A stretch of 64,000 nt of DNA from NCBI GenBank assembly GCA_028023455.1, contig JAQFVV010000003.1, positions 6,076,001 to 6,140,000 on the forward strand, in the 5' to 3' direction. A program made the position numbers and the translations under genes. Origin of the DNA: Epiperipatus broadwayi. Taxonomy: Eukaryota; Animalia; Onychophora. Positions within the stretch are counted from its first letter, which is position 1; each line of letters opens with the position of its first letter. Below the pieces are notes generated by a model. That model did not search any database and was not told the DNA's origin. It worked only from the letters and a program-made list of their open reading frames with translations. Of the stretch, positions 1 to 12,267 are shown in pieces.

Positions 1-2920
1 GTTTAAAGATCTATATCTCAATAATAATTATTTCAGTTAGTGTTAACAGTAACTTTCTTTTCATATATATATATATCAAAACAGAGATTAAATATGTTAA
101 ATACAATCAATTAAACAGAGTATACTTTATAATGTGTGCTTGTGTGTAACCAATTAAATTAAAAAAATCATAGAGTGCACACTCATTAGTTTCAAACCTA
201 TAATATCACAAACCATCATTCAGAGGAAAAATTCAGAACAGCTCTCTCTCTCTCTCACTGTATCTGTATACCAGATGTAAATCTTAACTGATTTCCAAAC
301 CAGAACAATTACATGACTTGATTTGTATAGCTAGAATATTTAATAATGGCATATATACTGTTTGTGGTATAATGTTTATTCTTTGACAGGATTTGTAAAA
401 TTGGTATAAATTATCTTTACTCTTAGTGATGTGACCTTGCTGCTCACTCAGAAAAGTTTCAGAGAATTACATGAGGGATGCTTTGTTCTGATCTTCCTCT
501 ACAGTCTGGCTTGATCTAGCAACATTATCACCATTACAGATTTATGTGTGCCAATGAAATGGTGATTATATTGGAAATTTATCACGTCTGACTATTTGTC
601 TCCTTTTTTATAAAGTTTATTATTGTCTAAATTTTTTATAATAAACTTATGCATTTATAAAATTTTACATTAGATAAATATACTCATATACTTCTATATG
701 ATATTAAAAATATTTTTGCCTCAAAGCAGTTAGTTTATGTAATCAGACATAAGCTAAATGTGATCAAGTAATAATTCTGATGGTAGTTTAGCTTTACTGA
801 GTATCTTCATAACAACTTGTTTTGGTATTTTAATACTTAAAACTGTGTCATAAATTGTAATGTAACCTTAAGCCTCTAAAATATGTGAATAAAGGATGTA
901 ACAGTCTCTTTTGTAATAACTATAATAAGTTAATTTGTTTATATGTACATAGATAAGAATGGCAATCTTAAACATACACTAAAAATTTGAAGACTTTTTA
1001 AGAAATCTTTACAGAAAAAGAATGATTGGAAAGGTGAATGAATTTTTGTTTGGTGAGGATGTTTCCCTTGTTTGGGATAACAAGTTATCCAGCTACCTAC
1101 CAATATCTGGATGACTTTGTAAGTTAGCCTTGGGCTGAATACCTGAAAATTTTAAGCTTATTTGGAAATATTTAACATTCTGAAAAAATATACAATATCA
1201 TTCAGATTTGAACTGCAATTTGTGTGCATGACAGGTATATGCATTAATCATTCCATCATGAAGCTCTTAAAACAGGCAAAACTCTCTATACAGTGATCAT
1301 GTGATGTCATGAAGCTCTTTATATATAAATATTATTTAGAAACTTACTTTTTAAAAAAAAAAAATATTATTTAAGAAAAAAAATTTTTTTGATTTAAAAA
1401 AAAAAAAAAAACGTTTAAGAATTGAAATGGAAAACTAATTGATGAGAAGAAGAAATGTTCAGAAAGATGGAAAAATAAAAATTTAAATTCCTTCCATTAA
1501 ATGCTGTTTTAATGGAAGAATACGAAATTTCAAATTCTGAGAAATGTATATTATTGATTTATTTTTTTTTGTTGTCAGCACGTTGTGATCTGGATTGGAT
1601 TTTTTAACTCATCAAAAAGATGACAATTTTACAGTTTTGTCTTAAATGGAGATCAACCAGTTTTTGATTTATGATTGCTCTATTAACCCGATCACATCAA
1701 TCGCCATCTTCAAACATTTTAAAACGTTTATCAGTCATATCAAATAAGACTTTCACTTCCTCTTCTTCATTTGGAAAAAACATTTAATCAATCACAGTTC
1801 CATCTTTATGCGGTTCAGATGCTTTTATACATATAAAAATTGAACTCCAATATTACTTTTTGGCATTTACAACTATTTATTAGTAAAAATACAATGAAGG
1901 AATGCCCATGGAATATAAAGTCTACATCAAATCAGATTCAAAATGTATGCATAACATGGTCTATGTACTAACTTAAACATAACATGCTATTATCTAAACA
2001 TTTAACATTTCTATCATGCACATAATATACATGTATTAAACATGCACTCGTTCTGCATTGCTTTTATATATAATAAAACAAAATACTATTTCTTGAACTT
2101 TCAAATTAACAATGCATTTTTATTTCTACGGTTTCTTTTTACAGTTTTAATTGCTTAATAATCTTCTTCACAGCTGAAATGGATAAATGTTATAAACACG
2201 TTTTATATTTTTTTGCATATACACGTACATATTTGCATATCTATATAAAAATTATATAATCATGTAAAGTTTTCTTATTTATTATTTAAATACTTGTATA
2301 TTACACATATTTGTATACATTTAACCACATTTTTATTCTACACATGTGTACACTTAGGACAGAGAATGGTTTCAAATCTTTCAGGCACATGCCTTTTTTC
2401 TTGATTCTAAATATAATAACGAATGGCAAGACTAATTCATCCAATCAATACATTTTAAACGTGGCTAAAAATTCTTATTTGTAAATCAACATTATTATAA
2501 AAAATAAATGACTTCTTTACTCCCATTGTTGATTCAGAAGTTAGTATCAGAATTCAGGAGCAAACTTCCATCCGTTGAACACTAGTGCTGCCATCTATTG
2601 TAAACTTAAGTGGTCAGTAGATATCAAAATGTAATCTTAATTAAATCCATATTCAAAGATATTTTATCCATATCTTCATTTAAATTGTTTATTAAAGTTT
2701 ATAAGATAATTTTATAAACTGAGTTTCTAAAATAATTTTAAAGGGATAACAAACCACCAGCAAATGTAGAATGAGATATTAAATATAAATAAAATCATAG
2801 TATGTGAATAGAAAGATATGAAATGATTAAACAAATGGAGATAATAATACATATGAATAAATGATATTATGAATATATTCGAATTTTATTAAAAACTAAA
2901 GTCTACATCAAATTTAAATG

Positions 2921-3081
2921 AAATATTAAATCACCCCACATGAACTCTGGCACCACCCTCTGTGAAATAAATATATTAAAGTTCATATTTCAGAATAGCC
3001 ACCCTTGAGGCTGATTTTAATATATTTATTTCACAGAGAGTGGTACTGGAGTTCTTAACCATGTGGGGTGATTTAATATTT
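2921..3081. repeat. Imperfect inverted repeat, ~60-bp arms
   Basis: 2921-2980 (aaatattaaatcaccccacatg...gaaataaatatattaaa) is the reverse complement of 3016-3081 with a few mismatches and one indel; 35-nt spacer. Confidence 0.9.
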
Positions 3082-3692
3082 GTATTTTTATTTCAGTTTA
3101 GTGTTAGCACTGGATAAGTTAAATGAAGTATAAGTTTTTAACTTAACTAAGAATGATTAATAATTATTCATATATTGATCACAATTGAAAAAACAACAAC
3201 AATTTTTTTCTTAGTCAATATAAGTTCATGATACTGGAGAAAATATCAGTTTGGTTTAATTAACTGAACATCAATATGCAGTGATAATCATAGAAGTCAG
3301 ATTTCTACTGCATTCACATTAAAGAAAAACTTCTCTGGTGCAGATTGATGAAAATCACACACATAAAAAGGTAGTCTAATTGAGTAAAAAATATTCAAAT
3401 GCAGTCTAGCAAAATTTGATAAAAGCCAAATATATCTTGCTGTTGAAACAATATTCAAATACTCCAGAGAGACCAATCATGAATGATTCTGGAAAGTTAA
3501 TTCATAAGTGTTTATAATTCTAGAATAGGAATGGTCATTATTTTACATTCTGTGCACAATTTTTTTCATTCATGTGTTTACATGCATTAACAACATTTTT
3601 ACTACTATTCAATTTTTAAATAAAATATACAATTCTAAAAATATTTACTGTTTTTTTAAAATTATATAATAATGTAATATAATTAAAAGAAA

Positions 3693-3880
3693 TTTGAACT
3701 CAGACTTGCAAACTCTCTACAACTATCCACTCCATCTTATACAACCAACCAATACACATGACAACATACATGTGAAAAAGATAAATGATCTCCAATATAT
3801 GTATTTGTATTGATTGTATGAGATGGAATGAATAGTTGTAGGCAGCTTGAAAGTCTGAGTTCAAATCACTTCTAATTATA
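3693..3880. mobile_element. Family A PLE/retrozyme-like repeat: two truncated copies in inverted arrangement
   Basis: 3693-3806 (-) reads aaatacatatattggagatcatttatctttttcacatg...aagtctgagttcaaa, the 3' half of the family A hammerhead plus tail. 3807-3880 (+) is the same tail. Matches the copies at 7.7, 19.2, 29.3 and 40.7 kb. Confidence 0.85.
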
Positions 3881-3900
3881 TTAAGTTCAGTATAGACAAT

Positions 3901-4545
3901 ATCATCATCATCATCAACCATTATCAATCCAGTGCAGGATGGTCTCTCCAAGTTCAAATCATCTCCAATTTTTAGCTTCTCTTTTCCACATCACCCCTGC
4001 ACACTTTCTTATTTCATCCATCCATCTCACATGTGATCTTTTTCTGGGTCTTTTACAATTTCTTGGAATCCAGTTTAAGATTTCAATTGTTCATCTATTA
4101 TCATCTCTTTTAGCAATATGTCCATCCTAACTCCACTTGTCTTTTAATTTTTTCAATAAGGTCAGGAACACCTGTTTCTTCTCTTACCCATATATTGTGT
4201 TTTTGCTCTTTTCTTGTTACTCCTAACATGTATCTCTCCATACCTCTTTGAGTGGTCTGAAGTCTTTGTATTGCTCTTCTATTAAGTGTCCAAGTCTCAG
4301 ATCCATGAGTAAGAACTGGTAAAACATATTTATTAAAAACCTTTCTTTTCAAACACATAGGCATATAGTTATTTCTACCAAAAGCACTCCAACCAAGTTT
4401 AATTCTATGATTAATTTTGTCCATCATGTTTCTATTTGTATTAATAATGTGACCAAGACATTTGTAACTGTTAACTTCTTCTAACTCATCATAATCAAAC
4501 ATTATTTTCATATTTTGATAAAATTCATTGAACATTACTTTAGTC
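3901..4545 (-). mobile_element. RTE-clade LINE, 5'-truncated 3' fragment
   Basis: ORF 4110-4535 (RIKLGWSAFG...KRKVFNKYVLPVLTHGSETWTL...QRGMERYMLGV) is typical of the RTE post-RT C-terminal region. It ends in a (GAT)n tail at 3901-3915 and is homologous to 55.9-56.5 kb. Confidence 0.9.
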
Positions 4546-5522
4546 TTTTTTGTATTTAAATGATGTGATATAGAGGAAAAAATTAAGTTTAAACATTTTA
4601 CTTTATTTAAACTGTATCTGTTTTATTTTCACCATGTTTTTAATGAATGAGTTAAGTAGAATATTTTTTTCAAATTTGAATCAAACAGATATAACAACTT
4701 CATTGATAAACTGCAAAGTATACAAATAAAATGAACAATTGTAAAATGAAATTTGAAAACAATTATAGATTCAATCTTAATTAGTGTTCAAAATTGGATA
4801 AGTGTAAAATGTTATCTGGTAGAAAGAACCTGGAATAATTTTTGTTTTTTAGCTTGATTTATTGTTTTTATTCTGAGTATTAATAAAAATTGTTTTTATT
4901 TTTTTATGATAATACTTTAAAGTATTTGGCCTTATTTTTTGTTTTTATAATCAGGGTTCATTGCACCAACATTTACCCACAATGTGCAATGTTTGGTGTA
5001 TAGGCCATCCATTCCCTGACCTACAAGCAATTAATTCTTTAACCTAATCTTTATAAAGTGTTTTGTGATATATATATGACCCAGAGAATTCAATTCAACA
5101 GAGAAGATATTAACAATGAAAAAAGATGTGCTTAATTTTATGAGTTCTTGTTTTTCATAAATATGAAAAGTAACCTAAAATAAATGGTAAAGGCATGGAT
5201 CTGATTTATTATTTTTATAAACTTTGAATTAATCATGTCTATTTTCATGTACATGGCTGATAATTAATCAACTTGTTAATTATATATATATTATAAACAA
5301 AGTCTTATTTTTAATTGTATTTGTATTAGTCAAAAACTGAAAAAGCCACATATAAAATAAATTACTAGAATGAATATTAATAAATATAAAATTATGGTGC
5401 TTAGCTAAATTATTAAGATCTGGTTGATTAAAATGCATTTTACAAGCTATTAAAATTGTTTCTTTCCCCAATATTTGTAATCAGATATTTGAAAGGTAGT
5501 ATATATATATATATATATATAC

Positions 5523-5542
5523 CTATCCTTTACTCCTTTACA

Positions 5543-5576
<34 letters not shown>

Positions 5577-5594
5577 TGTAAAGGAGTAAAATAG
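5523..5594. repeat. Palindrome centred on a (TA)n microsatellite
   Basis: tttactcctttacag (ta)n ctgtaaaggagtaaa, perfect arms. Confidence 0.9.
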
Positions 5595-6160
5595 CAGATC
5601 TAGTCATAAATAAGTAATGAAAAACAATTTATTTTAGATGATGATGATCAGCCTGCTTCACAGCATCCTGCTGTTTTTATATGAAAGCATTAAAATGCAT
5701 AAAGCAGAAGCTCATTAGTGGCAAATTTCTTATTATTAGTAATGAAATAAAAATTAAAAAAAAATAAGATCAAAAATAAGCAGATTATCATCAATAGTTC
5801 TTTGTAATTAGATTTAATATATACATAATATTGGCAATAGTTTTATGGGAGTGTTCTAATGAATTAACTTATTGGGCATATGATCTCAGATTCATATTTG
5901 AAGTAGAATTGGAAATGTTTCAACTAGCTATTCCTAAATGAATTGATACTTTATTTTTAAAAACAAATTAGTAGAGTCAAAATAGAATATTGATACACTT
6001 GTGGTTTTAGTTTAATAGAGTTAATCATCATATTAAACAAAGAGCTTTGCTAATTGCTCAACAGTCTGAAAATTTCAGATTTTCTACTCAATGGTTAACT
6101 CTTAAAAATGCTGGCTTTGGGTTGGTATTTTTAGATCTAGTGTCTGAAAATATCCTAGAG

Positions 6161-6202
6161 CCTCTCTGAGGAGTGCCAAAGCATGAAACCATTGGTCAGG
6201 GG
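6161..6202 (+). ncRNA. Type I hammerhead ribozyme, near-intact
   Basis: CCUCU-CUGAGGA-GUGC(CAAA)GCAU-GAAA-CC(AUU)GG-UC/AGGGG. Both core boxes, a GUC cleavage triplet and stems I, II and III are present. The only deviation is a G-U closing pair of stem II. Confidence 0.85.
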
Positions 6203-7199
6203 ATTGGGTGTGGTTTCTGATAGAGATATTTTTAATGCTTTCTCTTGGTTAGCATTTATCACAAAGCTTGTGCAGCAATTAGCAAAGCTATTCGTTTACA
6301 TTTTACAAGCTTAAAAAAAAAAGAATCATATGATATATGACTCTTTTTTATTTCTTAATCATCATATTATCTGTTTGGAAGAAATATATAACAATTTCAG
6401 AAATGAATATAATACCAGTCATGATTGCAAAAATCACTTCTATTGATTCATTAATATATGTAAATTTAGGGATTTTGATGAAAAAGTAATTATGTGGATA
6501 TAACTTTGATCATATATATATATAGGGTCGGTATGTATTTTTCATGACTGATTGATTTGCAACAATGTTTATAATAATTTCATTCCAAAATGCATATCAA
6601 TGTTTGAAAACATTAATATTTTATATAAGTACAATGCATTTGCCTGTCAAACCTATGATCAGATATTTGAATTATTGCTGAATAACAATATGAATTTTTC
6701 AAGTTATGAATTTTCTTTTGGCTGACAAACCATAGCCGAACAGCTATTGCATAACCTTAGTTAGCACATGCATGTATAATTATTTTTAACTAGAGGGTAA
6801 AATAAGAAATGAAATTATTAAAATATGAACACCTTGCTGGTAATATGCCTGATTGATGTTATGACTTATTCATTGTGCCTCTATAAAGAAGGAAGTAGAC
6901 TATTGCAAAAGCCTTTATTCTGCAATAGACTACTAAAAAGATTATTTTATTTTAATATTTATTTAATTATATATATGTATACAGGTAGTGGCTAAAATCC
7001 ACAAAATATTTGTGATTAAGTGCCTTCTCTTTGTAAAAAAAAACATATTTTAAATTATTATCAATAATAGCAGAATATACTATCCATCCATGAAAACATT
7101 TAAATTAAACAGTTATGCTATCAATTTATTTATTTTCTTTTTATATGATAGTACTTAATTTAAAATAAAATCCTTGTTTTTTACTTCACCTTTGAGTGG

Positions 7200-7399
7200 T
7201 AAGTTTTAAATTGTTCTTTACGGAAAAAAGTGAAGCTTAGTATTATTAAAAAAGAATTACATGGCTGAGCACTTTCAGGGAACTTAAGTCTCCATATTCA
7301 ATATGATGACTTAAGCTCTCTGAAAGTGCTCAGCCATATAATTCTTTTCTAATAAATACTAAGCTTCACTTTTTTGCATAAAGGGCAATTTAAAACTTA
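7200..7399. repeat. Inverted repeat, ~90-bp arms, with partial hammerhead-like motif
   Basis: 7200-7290 vs 7308-7399 are reverse-complementary. The right arm has a stem followed by GAAAGTGCTC, readable as CpG-decayed GAAAGCGCTC; the 5' core is missing. Confidence 0.8.
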
Positions 7400-7460
7400 A
7401 TTTAAAATAATAGGTTTGGAGTTACTATCCAGCAGAATGTAGGAATTTTACATAATTTGT

Positions 7461-7893
7461 TATACAATCAATGATCAGCTTATATTAAGATAGCCAATCT
7501 TCATACTTTAATGGACAGGCTTCAAACTACTCTGCCCCATGATTTATGGTCAACATGAGTAGGATGAGAAGGTTGGCACAAATGCGAGCTTTGAGCATTC
7601 CATCATCAGATTTTCAATGAAATGGGTGGTTGAAAAGTTATGGGGTGGAGTGGTTTGAAGCCTGAACATTAAAGAATGAAGATTGGATATCTTAATATAA
7701 GCTGAGCATTGATTGTATATGTGTGTGATGATAATCTGGACCAACTGATGAATGCTGGTTTAGCACAAAATATGTATATTGGTAATTGTTTATCTTTTTG
7801 ACATGTGTGTGATCAAGGGTATCAGCAGTATGAGATAACATGGATAGTTGAGGGTCATGTGAAAGTCTGAATTCAAATCCCCTATATATTACA
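7461..7893 (+). mobile_element. Family A PLE/retrozyme-like element with 5' inverted segment and hammerhead
   Basis: 7461-7540 is the inverse of 7640-7719. Hammerhead at 7731-7790: accaa-CTGATGA-atgctg(gtt)tagcac-AAAA-tatgtata-ttggt. Colinear with the copy at 40695-41030. Confidence 0.85.
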
Positions 7894-9261
7894 TATAGAA
7901 GTGCAGATATGAAAAAGCCTGTACTGTAGAAAAAATTCATATTATAATTTGTTATAATATAAACTTTATCTAATTATTCTTAATTTTACTTTTATACTTT
8001 AAAGAAATTTCATATTCTATACTTTAATAAGTTTTGATATAAATAATGTAATGAAATAGTTTTATGTATTTGATTTAATTTATACATTATCATACAATAT
8101 TTTTTAAACATTTTTTTAAAAAATATATATACTACATTAATGTTTGAATTTTTCCATACACAGAGACATCCATCAACAAAATTTATAAATTCTTGACAAA
8201 TAAAATAAATGTATCTTAATGTTATTATTATAAATAAACAATGTAGTATGATGATAATTGTACTATTCATAGAATGATTTGCAAAATAAATAATTCAGTT
8301 ATTGTTGCTCAACAACTTTTGGTCAGGAAGTTATCAACTAGAAAATGTCAATCTGTTTAAATATCTTATTAGCATTTTAGATAGCATGTTGATATGTAGC
8401 ATGATTCTGATATATTGTTGCTACATTTAATAAATTAAAAGAAGTAGTTTATTGTCATATAATATAATTACTTGAACTAATTTAATTTATGTAGGGCTAT
8501 TATTGCTATAGATTTAATAAATCAAAGTGAGACAGCAGGAGTACAATTATTATAACAGACACTTAGAACATTCGATATAAAGATGCTTCATATTTTTCTG
8601 ATACAACACTGGCATGATCATAAGATCAAGTGGTATTCTGGATTTAATAGTATTTATTCTACAGTTATAAGGATATATCTTTGAAAAATAATATTTTATA
8701 ATAAAAACTGGTTGCAACTGCTTGTGGAAAATCAAACCTGTTTACATTATGAAGATTGTTTTAAATATTTTAAAAAGTATAATAAAGTATTTATTGTTTT
8801 TATTTAGAAGATACAGCTGAATACAGTGTGAAAAACTGAAATTTGGCAAAGTTGTGAGGTCTTTCAAAAATAAACATTGGTGGTAAAGGAAATTAAAAGA
8901 TAGCATTATAAATTGGTAAATAAAGAGAATACATAAGAAATGTGTGATATATATTGATAAATTTCAAATTAGTTTGCTTAATCATCACAAAAAATATATT
9001 ATTTAGTTTCAATTTATTATTCAGGATTACAAGTTTTAGAATGGATCAAACTATTCTGTTATTGTTACTGATATTAACCTTTATAATCAAAGTATACAAA
9101 AAGCTTACAGTTGATATAAAACTATAGTGTCTAACATACATGAAAATTGATTTGGTGACTAATCTATATAACTATACAAGTAAATTGGCTTGAGTTCAAA
9201 ACTTTAGGAATTTTTTACTATTAGCTAGAATAATATAAAGGAGTAAAAGTTAAATAATTAC

Positions 9262-9398
9262 AAAAGTAATTGTATCGAGTCTATCTTTGAATTCCAAGTT
9301 CTCATAGATGACATCAACATCCAAATACACAACTTGGGGCCAGGAGTGATTATTATAGCAATTTTTGTTGCTAAACAAGTACCAAAAAATGTTCAAAA
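9262..9398 (-). CDS. Candidate isolated coding exon, product unknown
   Basis: Acceptor ttctttag and donor gtaatt enclose an open frame LNIFWYLFSNKNCYNNHSWPQVVYLDVDVIYENLEFKDRLDTITF. No family recognised and no neighbouring exons found. Confidence 0.2.
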
Positions 9399-11606
9399 CT
9401 AAAGAATAATTTATGTATGTTTATGTATTGCCTTTATTGATTGGTTAAAGCATTTGATTCAATTTATTGAACAGGTCTGTTGCACTGTCAGAAATTAGTT
9501 GGTTATCCATCAGAGTTTTATTTTTGTTATACAGTTTCTAGATGGCAGTATGTGAGTTTTATTACTACATGTGCAAAATGTGAGGCATTTGAAATGGAAA
9601 CTGATATTGTACAAATTGTTTATAGACAGCTTTATGAATTAGAGACTAAGATATAATACAGATTTGATGGTGACATTTTTAATTTTAATCAACTATAACA
9701 AAAATAAATTCACTTTCTTGGCTTCTAAATTTAAACTATGTTAATGATTGTGATATTGTTGTTATTTCAAAAGATGATTTACAGAATGTTAATGTTTAGA
9801 ATGCAACAAATAAAGACTTTAGTTCAGTAATTAATAATGAAAAATACAAGTATTTTATCATCCAGTAGTAAAAGAAAAATCTATAGTAATTTTTAGATTG
9901 GATAGTTATCAACTTAAGAATGAGAGCAACTATGAATATTTTGATATCTTTTTCTGATGAAAAGACAGACTTAAATGTTGAGATACAGCATAGATTCCAT
10001 TAATGCTGCTGCTTTTAAAAAGTTAAAAGATACAATATTTCATTATAGAAATATAATTAATGCAATTAAATTAGTTGTATTTAGAGTTATTGTTTAACTT
10101 TATTTATTGTATGAAAGTAAAAATGGATCCACTGATGATTACACATAATATTAGAAAATTTGATTTAAGAATGCTTTGTAAAATTCTATAAATATGATGG
10201 TGAAATCTTAAAATCAACCATATATTCTTCAGCTTTCTGGAGGATGTGATAGTATAGAGGTGTGGTGCATAATCGTTTTACATTTACTATCTCTTTCCTC
10301 AGATTAAACTTTTTGAAGTGACCCGTTATTTGTTTTTGCCATGCCTAAATTATAAGTATGAGTATGTAAGAATATTCATCAAATGAAAGTATCTTTAATT
10401 AATATACAAATTTACATTTCCTAATATTTTACTATTATTTGAAATGAAAATTTCGTTTTCATGTGATTTTTATGTATTTTTAAAAATTAAATATTTTTTT
10501 TTAAAAAAAAAAACTCACTATCCAAAATTTAAGAGATTTTCTTAGTAATTTTCTGATCCCCACCAATTTTTATATGACTACCTGGGGGTTTGTGACCCAT
10601 GAATTGCATACTACTGCTATAGAATTCACTATTATAAAATCACATTTCAGTGAATTGGTTATATGAAATATGGTTAATGATTAGAATATGAAAGTCTACA
10701 ATTAAATAAGGCATTGAAATCTTTCAAAAGAAAAGGTTTGCTGAAAAAGTCAAAAGACAGAAAAATGTCACATGAACAGAATAATGAGTCAGTAGGCTCT
10801 ATATGTAAATGTATTTGTGTTTCACCATTTGGTTTCTCTGATCATCACAAAACTCATTATAGTCTATTATTACTATTTCTCTTTCTATTCTTTTTCTGTT
10901 GGAGTTAAAATGATTAGCTGTTGCTGGTTTTATCTAGTGTCATTAATTACCCAGGCTTATTGTAGATGGCTCTAGAGTAGATGAAGAGAACTACTATTGA
11001 AAGCATTCGAATAAGGATATGAGAAAAACACGTGGTATTGTTGTTTATATTAATATATTTTCACTTCAGTTGCATTTATTTATTTTGAATGTAAATTATT
11101 TAAACATTTTTAATTTGGTACTTAGATGGTAATCAAAGTGTTAAATATTTTGTATAATTTGAATGTTATAGTCTAAAAATTTATATAATTTAAATTTGTT
11201 TATATGTGTGATGAAGTATTTTTCTGGTTTTAAAAGTATTTATTTTGGCAGTAAACAAATATTTTTAGTCTGAAATATGCTTGTTCATATAAAAAAAATT
11301 ATTTTCAATAACTTAATTGGATTAATTTTGCTTTAACTCTTTTGCTTTGATCAAATGAATTGCAAATGAAAATTATTTTAGTTTACTGCAGCTAATTTTA
11401 TTTAATATTTGGGGAGAGAGGATTTTTGGTTCCATTGTCTTTATTTCACTTTAATGAATTTGAAAATTTCTAGTTTTTATTATGGAAAATTTTTAGTTGA
11501 AAAAGTTTATAACATCTTTACAAAGTGCTTTTTCAAGAGTAATCCTGTTAAGATTGTAATTGGAAGAGATAGTCTTATTGCTAAAATGCATTTGTCAGAT
11601 TTCTGG

Positions 11607-11774
11607 AAGTATTAAAGCAGCTTTTTAATAAACAGAAATTCACTTTAATATATACTAGGATCTAAATATCTATACTACTGGTTCAAGTATTAAAGCAGTT
11701 TTTTAAATTAATAAACAGAAATTCACTTTAATATATACTAGAATCTAAATATCTATACCATTGGTTCAAGTATT
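11607..11774. repeat. Tandem duplication, ~78-82 bp unit x2
   Basis: aagtattaaagcag...aaacagaaattcactttaatatatactag...ggttc begins at 11607 and again at 11685. Confidence 0.95.
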
Positions 11775-12072
11775 CCTATGGAATCCTTTATAATATATTG
11801 AAATGCATCATAAAAATTTCCTAGCACAAATATATATATATTTTTGAAATAGCCAAACCACGGCTGGCTATTCTACTTAAATATTCAATTATTTGTCAAT
11901 AAATGGGTACTTACCTATTATTAGTTAGGCAATAAAAAAGAAATGAATAACTAAAATTAACATACAAATGATAACTTTTATTTATTGATTATCCTCTAAA
12001 ACTATCTTCATACAACCACCAGTTCTTATGCTTACATAATATGTTAATACAGTAGCAATTTTCTCCATATAA

Positions 12073-12267
12073 TATTGCCATCTAGTGCAAGCCATAGTAA
12101 TCAATTGATGCTAAAAGATTAGTGCATCAAAATCCTTATCTAATATCTGGGTGCTCTCAGATCCAAGACTCCTCACTGATGAAAGCCATAGTAAACCCTA
12201 GATAGAGATTTTGATGTGCTAACTTTCTAGCATCCATTGATTACTATGGATTGCATTAGGTGCAATA
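12073..12267 (+). mobile_element. Family B PLE/retrozyme-like element, decayed, with inverted arm
   Basis: gtgctctcagatccaagactcctcaCTGATGAaagcca...tagatagagattttgatg...gcatccattgattact aligns to the minus strand of 59851-60030. The 3' half of the hammerhead is deleted. 12073-12142 is the inverse of 12199-12267. Confidence 0.8.

Noticed and set aside
3939-4130. ORFs 3939-4130 and 56171-56500 with similar peptides
   Set aside because: Antisense frames of the RTE LINE 3' region.
4951-5020. Hairpin followed by ACA (H/ACA-like)
   Set aside because: Pocket-to-ACA distance is ~22 nt instead of 14-16, and there is no 5' hairpin or H box.
7550-7940. ORFs 7550-7744, 7692-7940, 3700-3957 and 40711-41037 sharing similar peptides
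   Set aside because: They are the antisense strand of the family A repeat, not a gene family.
10232-10370. Hairpin plus AGATTA (H box), or LSGGCDS coding exon
   Set aside because: No convincing second hairpin or ACA. The coding reading needs a 43-nt intron and gives no recognisable protein.
12073-12089. CTCF-like gccatctagtg, also gccatctgtgc at 59875
   Set aside because: Part of the family B repeat. Better CTCF-like matches at 2585-2600 and 59705-59720 are single motifs without support.
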